Source of the DNA: Octopus sinensis
Taxonomy: Eukaryota
Reading direction: 5' to 3'
DNA length: 64,000 nt
NCBI RefSeq assembly: GCF_006345805.1
Contig: NC_042998.1
Location: forward strand, 29,450,001-29,514,000
Positions 41,534-53,180 of the stretch are shown here, in pieces. Made by a program: the position numbers and the translations under genes. How positions within the stretch are numbered: position 1 is the first letter of the stretch; the number at the start of each line of letters is the position of its first letter. Below the pieces are notes generated by a model, which was not told where the DNA came from, made no database searches, and worked only from the letters and a program-made list of their open reading frames with translations.

Positions 41534-42290
41534 GTGTGTGTATGTGTATATATGTGTGTATATTATATATAAATACATGTTATATTTGTGTGCTGTGTGT
41601 ATATATTATATATGTGGGTGCGTTGTGTGTGTGTGTGTTCTGTGTGTGTGGTTGTGTGTATGTGGGTGCTGTGTGTATACTATGTGTGTGTGTGTATTGT
41701 TGTTGTGTGTGTGTGTATATATGTGTGTGACAAACAGACACTGTCTGACCAGCAGGCACACGGACACATCTATTCACACCCGCATACTCACCTCCCAATA
41801 ACCCCAAAATCACTGATGCTTGAAGGGGAAGTATAAACCAAACTGGGTACATATCTTTTTTCTCTCAATCCAACTTTTCTGCTAAAACAAACAGGTCAGT
41901 AAAAAACAAATTCTCGCCTTCGATTCAAAATATTCTGAGATGTCTAAAATATCCATTTTAATTTTCTCTGTCAATATTACAAGCTTTCTCACCAAACTAT
42001 TACACTTCCTTATGTCTTTAACATGTCCTTTTCTACCAAAGACTGTATATATATACATGTAATGTGACAATTTGTGACAACCAATAATTAACGCAACCAA
42101 ATTTCCAATAATATATTTGTTTTATTCTTTTCTGCCAATTTTTCCAAATATTCTCATCATACTATTGAACTTTTTATACTATATTTATACATGTAATGTG
42201 ACAATTATGTATAAAAAAACATTTTTGAATTCATAATATTCAATGTGACAATTATTTAAAAAACTTTTTTTGAACCCATAATATTCAAAG

Positions 42291-42335
42291 TTACTTTTGA
42301 CAATCTTTTACCAAAGAGTGAAACCGGTTAAGTAA
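42291..42335 (+). ncRNA. Atypical hammerhead-like motif at the PLE 3' end (mirror copy at 36725-36768, minus)
   Basis: Stem I TTACTT/AAGTAA; core TTGACAA; stem II TCTTT/AAAGA plus extra GT; GAAA; palindromic ACCGGT; U17. Confidence 0.4.
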
Positions 42336-42370
42336 AATAAACATCGTTTAAATTGCATTTTCAAACCTTT

Positions 42371-42416
<46 letters not shown>

Positions 42417-43029
42417 TATATATAAAGAGAGAAAAGCAGAGACTGTTAACGGCTCAAAGAGCTATGGAAAGGGTTAAGCTTGGGATCACGTGGATGAGAA
42501 AAGCGCGATCCAGGGAGAGTGTTACAGCGTGCTGTGACCAGCGGTGCCAAATGGACGCCCGACGGACTGGTCGGTCAAGGTGATCAAGGTGATATAATAT
42601 ATATATATATAATAAAAAGGTAAAATCAGTAACAATTTTACTAGGTAGTCAGTGTGGATATGAAAAAAAAACAATAGGTAAATTTGGAAAAATATTTCAT
42701 AATTATATAATTATAACAAGGGATCGGCTTTACACCTCACCATGCACTGCAATAAATCAATAAATAGAAGCTAAAATCCACTATTACAACCTTATAATCT
42801 CTGAGAATAACACGCTATACTACAGGTGTTAATAGAGGTTTTTAACTGCTATTATATATATATATACATATATATATATATCGATGGGTGAAGGAATTAT
42901 CCTATGTTTACCGTCAACATGGAAAATTCGATGAACCGGTACCAGGGTAGCATATTCACGTCAGAAACACGGTTGAAGCGACCTATCCAAAGGTAGAAAC
43001 TCCGGGTTCATGTGTAGAAATTTGTGTGT

Positions 43030-43226
43030 TATATATGAATAAATAAATAAATAAATGGAGTTGAACGATGATGTTAATAAAATTCCTTTACTTTCGACAT
43101 ATGTTTCGAAGACAACATTGTTATTCCTTTGGAATAAAACCATGTTGTCTTCGAAACATATGTCGAAAGTAAAGGAATTTAATTAACATCTTCGTTCAAC
43201 TCCATTTATTTATTTATTCATATATA
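43030..43226. repeat. ~195-bp hairpin carrying hammerhead 3' halves
   Basis: Inverted arms; GAAACATATGTC (palindrome ACATATGT, GUC triplet) at 43153-43164; TA-rich on both flanks. Confidence 0.85.
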
Positions 43227-43516
43227 TATATATATATATAATAAGTTGCCATACATAGGAACAATTTATCATTTTAATAGAAACAGTTTATATGACCAGT
43301 TGGTTTTTAAATTAAAAAGCTCTAAATGGTTACCATTGTTTCGATTACACATTGCAATACGTTTACCTCACTCATTGTGAACTCGTAATTGCACATCTGG
43401 TGATAATTGTGCAAAGGAGTTGGTGATGCGTTCCTTCAAATGATTTATGCCTATTATCTTTCTGCTCTACACAAGGTGAACTAGTAATAACGTGAAACAT
43501 ATGTGTATGTATATAC

Positions 43517-43554
<38 letters not shown>

Positions 43555-43594
43555 TATATAATATATTATATATATATATACATATACTATATAT

Positions 43595-43630
<36 letters not shown>

Positions 43631-43634
43631 CATG

Positions 43635-43665
<31 letters not shown>

Positions 43666-43747
43666 GTATATAATATATATATGTATATATATATATATAT
43701 GTATATGTATATATAATATATATATGTATATATATATAGATATATAG

Positions 43748-43782
<35 letters not shown>

Positions 43783-44034
43783 TATATATATGTATATATA
43801 TATTATATATACATATATATATACATATATATATACATATATATACATATATATATATACATATACATATATAACTCTTTGGAATAACAATGTTTGCGGC
43901 TGAAGGGAGCTCTTAACCATTTTTATATCAATTATACACTGATGCAAGAAAGGGGGCGTTTATATAGCTTGAAACACGTGTACCGCGATATCCTTTGTCT
44001 TTTGTTTTTGATTTTATTCGATATATTCATATAC

Positions 44035-44150
<116 letters not shown>

Positions 44151-44151
44151 T

Positions 44152-44452
44152 ATAATTTACAAGATAATGGCAGAAGAAAAATTCTAATGCCAAATATGCC
44201 GAAACAAAAAATTGTTGATAACCATTATAATTTTGAGTAAGTATTTCATCTATATCTCGCGTATTTGCCGCTGAAAAGAGGAAAATTTCTTATGAATTAT
44301 CCCCGAAATTGGACCAATACAGTAATAATGAATTTTTTAGAGATTTCTATCCGTTTGTTTCGAGACGCATAAATTATAATGGTTATCAACAATTTTTTGT
44401 TTCGGCATATTTGGCATTAGAATTTTTCTTCTGCCCTTATCTTGTAAATTAT
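44152..44452. mobile_element. MITE-like element with ~82-bp TIRs
   Basis: TIRs 44152-44233 and 44371-44452 differ by about one base; TSD not clear. Confidence 0.8.
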
Positions 44453-44544
44453 GTATAAATTTTACCTTTAAAGGCATTTTTTGATATGCTGGCCATTGAT
44501 AACATTTTTTTCACGAAAAAAAATTTATCCTATATTAATTATAT

Positions 44545-44760
44545 TTATATATATATATATATATATATACATATGCATATACATATATACATATATATAT
44601 ATACATATACATATATACATAGATATATTACATACATATATATATATAAATATACATATATATATATACATATACATATATACATACACATATATACATA
44701 TACATATATATATACATATATATATACATATATATAACATATACATATATATACATATAC

Positions 44761-44794
<34 letters not shown>

Positions 44795-44965
44795 CCATAT
44801 ACATATATATAATATAAAATACATATATATACATATACATATATATACATATACAATATATATATATATATTATATATATATATATAGATATACATATAC
44901 ATATATATACATATACAATATATATACATATACATATATATATATACATATACATATATATAAAC
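44545..44965. repeat. (TA)n/(TACATA)n tract
   Basis: Directly visible. Confidence 0.95.
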
Positions 44966-44969
44966 AATA

Positions 44970-45540
44970 TGTGGGGTTTAATTCACAGGTGATCTAAACG
45001 AATAGGTACGCTAAGCAAGTGCTATAATTTTTCATCCGTTACGTTCCAAGCTCACACCTGAGGCAGGAGCTAGGGATCCGTATTAGGCTTCTGAGTTAGC
45101 AGGTATATATTAGAGGAAAATGGCAGCAAAAACCAAGGTAGGACGTGTATCTCAATTCAATTATGATAATTTAATTAGGGTAAGGTGAATTTGAAGTCTT
45201 ACAACTGTTTCTGGAATACCCCAAGTAATAGGCTAGCATGTCTGTACACTGGGTACTCCGTCATCTGAGATATGGTAAGTCTGTATGAAAGTTTTAGACA
45301 GGAAAATTCACAGATTATAAGGAATGAAGTAGGAGAATAAAGATTAAAAGTAGGTAGAATACAGATACAATAAAGTTTACAGTTCATCTTTTTCCTGAGG
45401 GCATGGAGGTTGGTCCATACTTCTGTGAAGGTATACGAACTTAGGTTTAGTCTCAGGTAAATACAGACATTATTTTGAATGATGCGTTCATGTTGATGTG
45501 GTTAGCTGGTACAAGCTAACCAAACGCCTGGCTAGTCCTT
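44970..45540 (-). mobile_element. Decayed PLE 3' end with pseudo-LTR
   Basis: Degenerate GIY-YIG-like C-terminus (..QPPCPQEK..TLLYL) followed by a hammerhead-like motif and a TA-rich tail. Confidence 0.5.
45196..45270 (-). ncRNA. Hammerhead-like motif with a long stem II
   Basis: TCT CAGATGA C GGAGTACCC...GGGTATTCC A GAAA CAGTTG TA AGA; core U4A and one stem III change. Confidence 0.5.
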
Positions 45541-45640
45541 TCTGAAATGTTGGTCCTCTGAAATTCTTTCTCAAAACGTCTTTAATTCTTACTTGGACCT
45601 TTAAACAGCATCTATCAAACTCGACTCGGATGGGCTATCA

Positions 45641-45935
45641 ACTGGTATTCCGTCGGCTACGACGACAAGTGTTCCGGTTGATCCGAGCAACGGAACATCC
45701 TGCTCGTGAAATCCCTGTGCAAGTGACTAAGCCCTCCACAGCCACACAGACACACACACACGTAGCTCTCTAGAAGATACACAATGTTACCAGGCTGGCC
45801 TTGATGTGCAGCTGGTACCAATTTTTGCCAGCCGAGTAGACTGGCGTAACGTGAAATAAATAGTAGAACGCATCGCCGGGAATTGAACTCACAACTTTAA
45901 GATCGTGAACTGAATACACTAACCATTTAGCCATG
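45641..45935 (-). mobile_element. SINE-D-like head/core with tail type 1
   Basis: Core tttatttcacgttacgccag; tail matches the 9097-type ...gtcgtcgtagccgacgga. Confidence 0.65.
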
Positions 45936-46355
45936 TAATTTCATTAAGGAAGGGCTATAAGACTGTCAGCACTAACCTAGCTAATTTTATATATATATAT
46001 ATATATATAAAAATACGCAAATAGTTAACCCTTCTCTTCAGCGATTCTGAAACTACATTACTTGTTTATTGCTCATGCACCACGCTAATAGATAACAGCT
46101 GTAACATCTCTACTCCTATATAATTTAATAGCCATCCCTTGTGCATAATTGCTGAATAGAAATTTATCTTTCAATTTAAGGAGATTCGACTTTCAAATTT
46201 ACATATCTGCTTCATTATAGATTCATTGCATATTATGAGAATTTATATGGTAGTAAACATTGCAATCCTACACATTCTCAGCGAATCGAATGTGTCAGCG
46301 AAAATGGTTTCATTTTATAATGGAAAAATATAGGAATGCAATATTTTGCTATTTA

Positions 46356-46675
46356 GGCGCAGGAGTGGCTGTATGGTAAGTAGCTTGCTAACCAACGACA
46401 TGGTTCCGGGTTCAGTCCCACTGCGTGGCATCTTGGGCAAGTGTCTGCTGCTATAGCCCCGGGCCGACCAATGCCTTGTGAGTGGATTTGGTAGACGGAA
46501 ACTGAAAGAAACCTGTCGTATGTATGTATATATATATATAAGTATGTGTGTATATGTTTGTGTGTCTGTGTTTGTCCCCCTAGCATTGCTTGACAACCGA
46601 TGCTGGTGTGTTTACGTCCCCGTCACTTAGCGGTTCGGCAAAAGCGACCGATAGAATAAGTACTGGGCTTACAAA
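46356..46675 (+). mobile_element. SINE-B
   Basis: Matches the SINE-B consensus, including the internal microsatellite. Confidence 0.85.
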
Positions 46676-47489
46676 TACACACACATACACGCAGGCAAAA
46701 GCAAACACACCATCATACACGCGCGCACACACACACATACTCATAGACACACTCATACATATATATATATAACAATAAAATAAAAATGTTGCATAGAAAG
46801 GCGACAAAGGAACACAATGGAAACATACGCAAATCCTACGACACGCTCATCCCTCATCAGTTATCGCCCACAGACCATTACAAATTCGTGCAATTATCGA
46901 TAATAATGGCACAAATACGGGTTTTTTGAGTGAATATGTCGTGGTGGCGGAGCATGTAAGACTACGTTAACATGTGGACTCAGAAACAGACGTTGTGTTT
47001 AACGATATAACAATGCTCACTTCCATGTGAAAATATTACAGCCATTCTCAATATGTTGGTTAACCAATTCTCTTGGTATACATTAAATTTATTTAAAAGC
47101 AAACAGTGATTTAGAATTGATTCTGTTATGCAAACGGTATCATATAATTAACATTTTCTTTATAGTTTCAAATAATGACATTTCATTGTAGATTCTGTTA
47201 ATTTCGTTTGAATTATTACGATATAATAAGTATAAATTACCATTTCCTCGAGAAAAACTAATCATTATATTTTATTGTATTAGTGCCTTTGAATCTGTGA
47301 GCGGCTTTTAAAACACTCATGTAACAATCGATTTGAAACAAACTATAAATGTGCAACTGTGTATTGATTTGCCATCAATTCTGTACTACTGTTCTACTAT
47401 GTGTATATAGCATGTGTGTTATTTATACGTCTAAGTTATTGAAGATACGTACATATATAAATCTCTTAAAATTTTCTCTCCCATCACAC

Positions 47490-48852
47490 TCTTTCACTCT
47501 CTTTTACTTGTTTCAGTCATTTGACTGTGGCCATGCTGGAGCACCGCCTTTTAGTCGAGAAAATCGCCCCCATGACTTATTCTTTTGTAAGCCTAGACTT
47601 ATTCCATCGGACTCTTTTGCCGAACCGCTAAGTTACGGTGACGTAAACACACCAGCATCGGTTGTCAAACGATGTTGGAGGGGGGGACACACAAACACAC
47701 ACACACAAACACACACACAGACACACACACACACACACACGCACACACACACGCACACACACATATATATATATACGACGGGCTTCTTTCAGTTTTCGTC
47801 TACCAAATCCACTCACAACGCTTTGGTCGCCCCGAGGCTATAGTAGAAGACACTTGACAAGGTGCCACGCTGTGGGACTGAACCCGGAACCATGTCATTC
47901 GTAAGCAAGCTACTTTATTTCATAAAATTTTTCATCATAGACAGTACAAAGAGTGCGTAGCTTTGCGGGCTAGACAAACACATTAATGAATGGAAATGAA
48001 ATAGAATGAATAAATGAGAGACGAAACCCAACACTCGCCGATTGGATTTTTCCCGAAAACATATTTTCTTTTTTTTTTAAATCAATATGAGGTTTTAAAC
48101 CTCTTAGAAGAAGGAGGCACTAAGACCTCTTATTTAACATCTTTTTTTAAACACACAATTGAGGTTATAAACCACTACAAATAATACCAGATGAGGTTTC
48201 AAACCCTATAACGAGGGTCTTTCACCTCCTACTCTTCGATATATCCATCAATATATTCATCATTATCTTCAATGCCGCTTGAGTTCCTGTATCCCGTCAT
48301 TTCCCATGCCTCACTCATGTAGGACATGTAAGTCGTGTAAGGGCCACTCGGCCATATGCGACACTCCTCCCCAAATCCTTTAAGCCTTTCCCACAAGGGA
48401 AACTTTATGACCTCCACAGCTATCTGCGGAGGCCATTCGAGATCCCTTGTGAAGGGCATATCTACTGTCTCTTTATGTTCTTCTACTATTTTTCCACCTC
48501 CCCGCCCTTATAGAAAAAGATAATTAATTGATCATCTTTAAGGGTGGGGGTGGTTTCTTTGACTGTGGGTGGCACAACTTCGGGACATGCAGACGGCACA
48601 TCATCTCCCCGCTGAGATGACCCGTTCTTCTTCCTTCATTTTTTACTTTTCTTCCTGACTTCGGGAGAGGGGAGTTCTTCCGCTTTGCCCGGAGACTCTC
48701 CCCCGCCTCCCGAAGCCTCAGGTTCCTTCGGCTGGCAAGTTGCCCGCCTTCTTCATTTTTAATCATTTTTGAGTTGAGGAGGCTGAAGCCTCCTCGACCA
48801 CATCCACCTCCCCCTCGTAAGCAAGCTACTTACCACACAGCCATTCCTACAC
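47490..48852 (-). mobile_element. SINE-B interrupted in its head by a 899-bp insertion
   Basis: Body 47490-47915; remaining head 48815-48852. Confidence 0.8.
47916..48814 (-). mobile_element. Unclassified 899-bp retro-insertion with 17-bp TSD
   Basis: TCGTAAGCAAGCTACTT at 47899-47915 and 48815-48831; frameshifted minus-strand ORF ending at 48229, then an AT-rich 3' segment. Confidence 0.75.
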
Positions 48853-48859
48853 CTTAATA

Positions 48860-49148
48860 TCTCTAATATATCTATCTTCCTCGTATCTCCTCTCATTTTC
48901 GGATTACCTATACTAGTATAGCCCCACGCCAACCCAGGAAAAATAGACGAAGACACATTAGCTGGTACAACCCCCCCTTCAACCGTGAGGTCGCTACACC
49001 TGTAGCTAAATCTTCTTCCTCTCCTACAGAAACACTTCCCCCACCCAACATAAGTACTACACTATCCTAAATAAGAAAACACTATTAGACTCTCTACTCT
49101 ACCACGCCCCAATCTAGCCAGGAACCTAGCCAACAACAATGTGAAAAA
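48860..49148 (+). pseudogene. PLE fragment of a second family (RT-to-GIY-YIG linker), running into the gap
   Basis: RKNRRRHISWYNPPFNREVAT...KHFP...LSYSTTPNL, matching the xIWFNPPYS...KHFP...SYS motif; frameshifted. Confidence 0.75.
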
Positions 49149-49248
49149 NNNNNNNNNNNNNNNNNNNNNNNNNNNNNNNNNNNNNNNNNNNNNNNNNNNN
49201 NNNNNNNNNNNNNNNNNNNNNNNNNNNNNNNNNNNNNNNNNNNNNNNN
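49149..49248. other. Assembly gap (100 N)
   Basis: Directly visible. Confidence 1.
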
Positions 49249-49702
49249 AATTCCTGCTTAATATGCACTTTTACATGATCTAATATAACATCATACATTT
49301 AATCCTTTTACGATAAGACATCTTACATTTACTTATAGTTATCAGTATCACAACTTGTGAAAAGTACACATTTCCAAGGAGGCAATTTATTCTATTAGTA
49401 ACAGCGAAAGTGACGAGAAAGTGAGTATCCAATTCGGTGTATCATAAACATCTAAGACTTCCTTTACAAGACACCGTTATTTCGGGTTCTTGTCTAATGA
49501 TTATTATCGCCCAACGATATACATACATTCATACATACATACATACGTGCACACATACATACATGCATACATACATACATGCACACATACATACATAAAG
49601 ACATAATACATACATACATACATACATACATACATACATACATACATGCACACATACATACATACATGCACACATACATACATACATACATACATACATA
49701 CA

Positions 49703-49736
<34 letters not shown>

Positions 49737-49860
49737 GAAATATGTTCATAAATATACACATACATGCTCACACGCAACACACACGCACAAACACACACAC
49801 ACACACAAAGGTATCACGTAACCGACCAGACTATCGCTAGTCACAATGCGCTTTACATAG

Positions 49861-50071
49861 TTTTAACCTTCAAATGAGGCCACCCCGCTGGGTAGGCGAG
49901 CAGGCCAACATTCGACACCACCACCCATCTCACCGCTCCAATCAAAACGAGGACAGGAGCAACGCGAAGTGAAGTGTTTTGCTCAAGAACACGATACGCC
50001 AGCCGGTCTAGAACCCACGATGTAGCGATCGTAAGTGCAAAAGCTTAACCACTAGATCACGGCGCCTCCAC
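49861..50071 (-). mobile_element. SINE-D-like element with a short different tail
   Basis: Core gtgttcttgagcaaaacacttcacttcgcgttgctcc; tRNA-like head. Confidence 0.6.
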
Positions 50072-50189
50072 ATATATATATGGTGAGCAGGTATGTGCGA
50101 AACAAGGTAGAAAAATAGTACTCGAATACCAAAGGCAGAGTAATATGCTTTTACATTGGCCGCAAAATTATTGCAAAAAAAAAACCCTG

Positions 50190-50386
50190 TTTACTCTTTA
50201 CTCTTTTACTTGTTTCAGTCATTGGACTGTGGCCAAGCTGGAGCACCGCCTTTTTAATCGAAGAAATCCACCCCAGGGCTTCGGTCTCTTTTGCCGAAAC
50301 GGTAAGTTACGGGGACGTAAATACACCAGCATCGGTTGTCAAGCGATGTTGGGGGGACAAACACAGACACACAAACATACACACAC

Positions 50387-50457
<71 letters not shown>

Positions 50458-50644
50458 CATATATATACATACATATATACGACAGGCTTCTTTTTAGTTT
50501 CCGTCTACGAAATCCACTCACAAGTCTTTGGTCGGCCCGAGGCTATAGTGGAAGACAATATGCCCAAGGTACCACATAGTGGGACTGAACCCGGAACCAT
50601 GTGATTGGGAAGCAAGCCTCTTACCACACAGCCACTCCTGCACC
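50190..50644 (-). mobile_element. SINE-B
   Basis: Matches the SINE-B consensus. Confidence 0.85.
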
Positions 50645-51449
50645 TATATAGTATGTATAACATTACTATTGAAGTGCATCGGAGCTATGTTGATTCATTC
50701 GGATTAAGTAATAATTGGGTGTGGTGAGCATTACACGGTGTTCACTATTACAGAGGTACCGTTGATGCTCTTTAAGTATTCATTGACTACATATTTTCGG
50801 TGCTTAAATCAGTGATATGCATACGAATGCATTTTGTTTTTAACGCCAGAAAATATTTCGAAGTGTCATTACTATAGAACCAATAGAAAAAAATTCTATT
50901 CATAGTTTGGTCACAGTTGAGCAAATCTCACATTCCTCTACTGCGGTGCTACTGCAGTGCCGAGTATAATCTTATTAACACGTCTTCTATTCAAAGCGCA
51001 GATGTACATAAAGACTCAACATATCTTTATTGAAACACATTTTTATGAACAACACATGGCGACAGTTCACTTCATGAATATGTAATCAAAATCCTACAGC
51101 TAATTCATAAAATCTGTCTGTGGTATTAATAAAACTTACGAATGAAGTGTTTAAACAATCCTTTATCTCATTAAAACACCATGAGCGACGTATTCACGTT
51201 TATACTTCTTGTCAATAAGGAGACGCTGACGTAGACATTAAACAATAATGAGAAGAAATACTGCTAGTGATACTTATCTTATTTGCTGGTTGGTTTATAT
51301 ATTTGCATTTGAAAGTTCAGTGAAGTCAGGTCGAGCGTTGGAAGAATCGTTAGAACGCTGGGCGCAATGTTCAGTAGCCTTTCGTCCATCTTTCGTCCAG
51401 TGAAATCGACTTTGCTTTTCATAATTTCGAGGTCGATAGAATAAATACA

Positions 51450-52417
51450 TATTTCTTTACTGCCCACAATGGGCTAAACACAGAGAGGACAAACAAGGAC
51501 AGATAAACGGATTAAGTCGATTTTATCGACCCCAGTGCGTAACTGGTACTTATTTAATCGACCCCGAAAGGATGAAAGGCAAATACGACCGCGGCGGAAT
51601 TTGAACTCAACGTAACGGAAGATGAAATACCTATTTCTTTACTACCCACAAGGGGCTAAGCACAAAGAGGACAAACAAGGACAGACAAACGGATTAAGTC
51701 GATTGCATCGACCCCAGTGCGTAACTGGTACTTATTTAATCGACCCCAAAAGAATAAAAGGCAAAGTCGACCTCGGCGGAATTTGAATTCAGAACGTAAC
51801 GGCAGACTAAATACCTATTTCTTTACTACCCACAAGGGGCTAAGCACAGAGAGGACAAACAAGGACAGACAAACGGATTAAGTCGATTGCATCGATCTCA
51901 GTGCGTAACTGGTACTTAATTTATCGACCCCGAAAGGATAAAAGGCAAAGTCGACCTCGGCGGAATTTGAACTCAGAACGTAACGGAAGATGAAATACCT
52001 ATTTCTTTACTACCCACAAGGAGCTAAGCACAGAGAGGACAAACAAGGACAGACAAACGGATTAAGTCGATTGCATCGATCCCAGTGCGTAATTGGTACT
52101 TATTTAATCGACCCCAAAAGAATAAAAGGCAAAGTCGACCTCGGCGGAATTTGAATTCAGAACGTAACGGCAGACTAAATACCTATTTCTTTACTACCCA
52201 CAAGGGGCTAAGCACAGAGAGGACAAACAAGAACAGACTTAGGTATTAAGTCGATTGCATGGATCCCAGTGCGTAACTGGTACTTAATTTATCGACCCCG
52301 AAAGGATGAAAGGCAAAGTCGACCTCGGCGGAATTTGAACTCAGAACGTAGCGGCAGACGAAATACTGGCTAAGCATTTCGTCCGGAGTGCTAATGATTC
52401 TACCAGCTCGCCGCCTT
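51450..52417 (-). repeat. SINE-A tandem array of five ~184-bp units with ABAB structure
   Basis: Unit starts at 51450, 51632, 51816, 52000 and 52184; only the rightmost unit has the head. Confidence 0.9.
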
Positions 52418-52523
52418 TCGATAGAATAAATACCATCGAGTACTGGGGTCGGTATAATAGTCTTAGCCCTTATACCCAAATTGCTGGCCTTGTGTCAAAA
52501 TTTGAAACTAATATCTCAATGAA

Positions 52524-52834
52524 TCGCGTGGCTCAGTGGCTAAGATCGCAAAGTTGTGAGTTCGATTCCTGAAGACGCATTGTGTCCTTGGGCAAGACAC
52601 TTTATTTCACGTTACTGCAGTGCACTCACCTAGCAAAAATGAGTAGTACCAGTAATTCAAAGGGACCAACCTTGTCCCATTCTCTGTCATGTTGAATTTC
52701 CTTAAGAACTAGAGTAAAGATATGCGTGTCTGTGGAGTACTCAGCCACTTGCACGTTAATTTCACGAGCAGGCTGTTCCGTTGATCGGATTAACTGGAAC
52801 CCTCGTCATCGTAACCGATGGAGTACCACTACAA
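52524..52834 (+). mobile_element. SINE-D head/core with tail type 1
   Basis: tgtgtccttgggcaagacactttatttcacg followed by the 9097-type tail. Confidence 0.75.
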
Positions 52835-53180
52835 TATTTCAAATGAAGCTTCGTCTGTCTTTATGTTCTGAGTTCAAATTCAGCCGAGGTCGACACTGCG
52901 TTTCATCCTTTCGGGTTCGATAAATGAAGTACCAGTCGCGAACTGGGGTCGATCAAATCGCCTTGTACCAAAACCTTCGGGCCCCGTGCCTAGAGTAGAA
53001 AATAATTGGTAGTTGTGTGGAGGGGCAAACATAGAGTAATGAGCACAAAATACGGGAAACCAATTAAAATTAAACACGGAATTAAAGGGGAAAAATCATT
53101 AATGTTCATTGTTATTATACTCAAGAACGACTAGGGAAACAACAGCCAAATGTAAATGATTAAAAAAACTGAAAAGCCAC

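Larger units (their letters stand above)
36681..42380. mobile_element. Penelope-like element as a 5.7-kb divergent inverted duplication
   Basis: Arms 36681-39346 and 39702-42380 with a 355-bp unique spacer; both outer ends lie in or next to (TA)n. Confidence 0.9.

Noticed and set aside
51450-52417. CRISPR-like array
   Set aside because: The units are whole SINE bodies with no unique spacers, and the context is eukaryotic.
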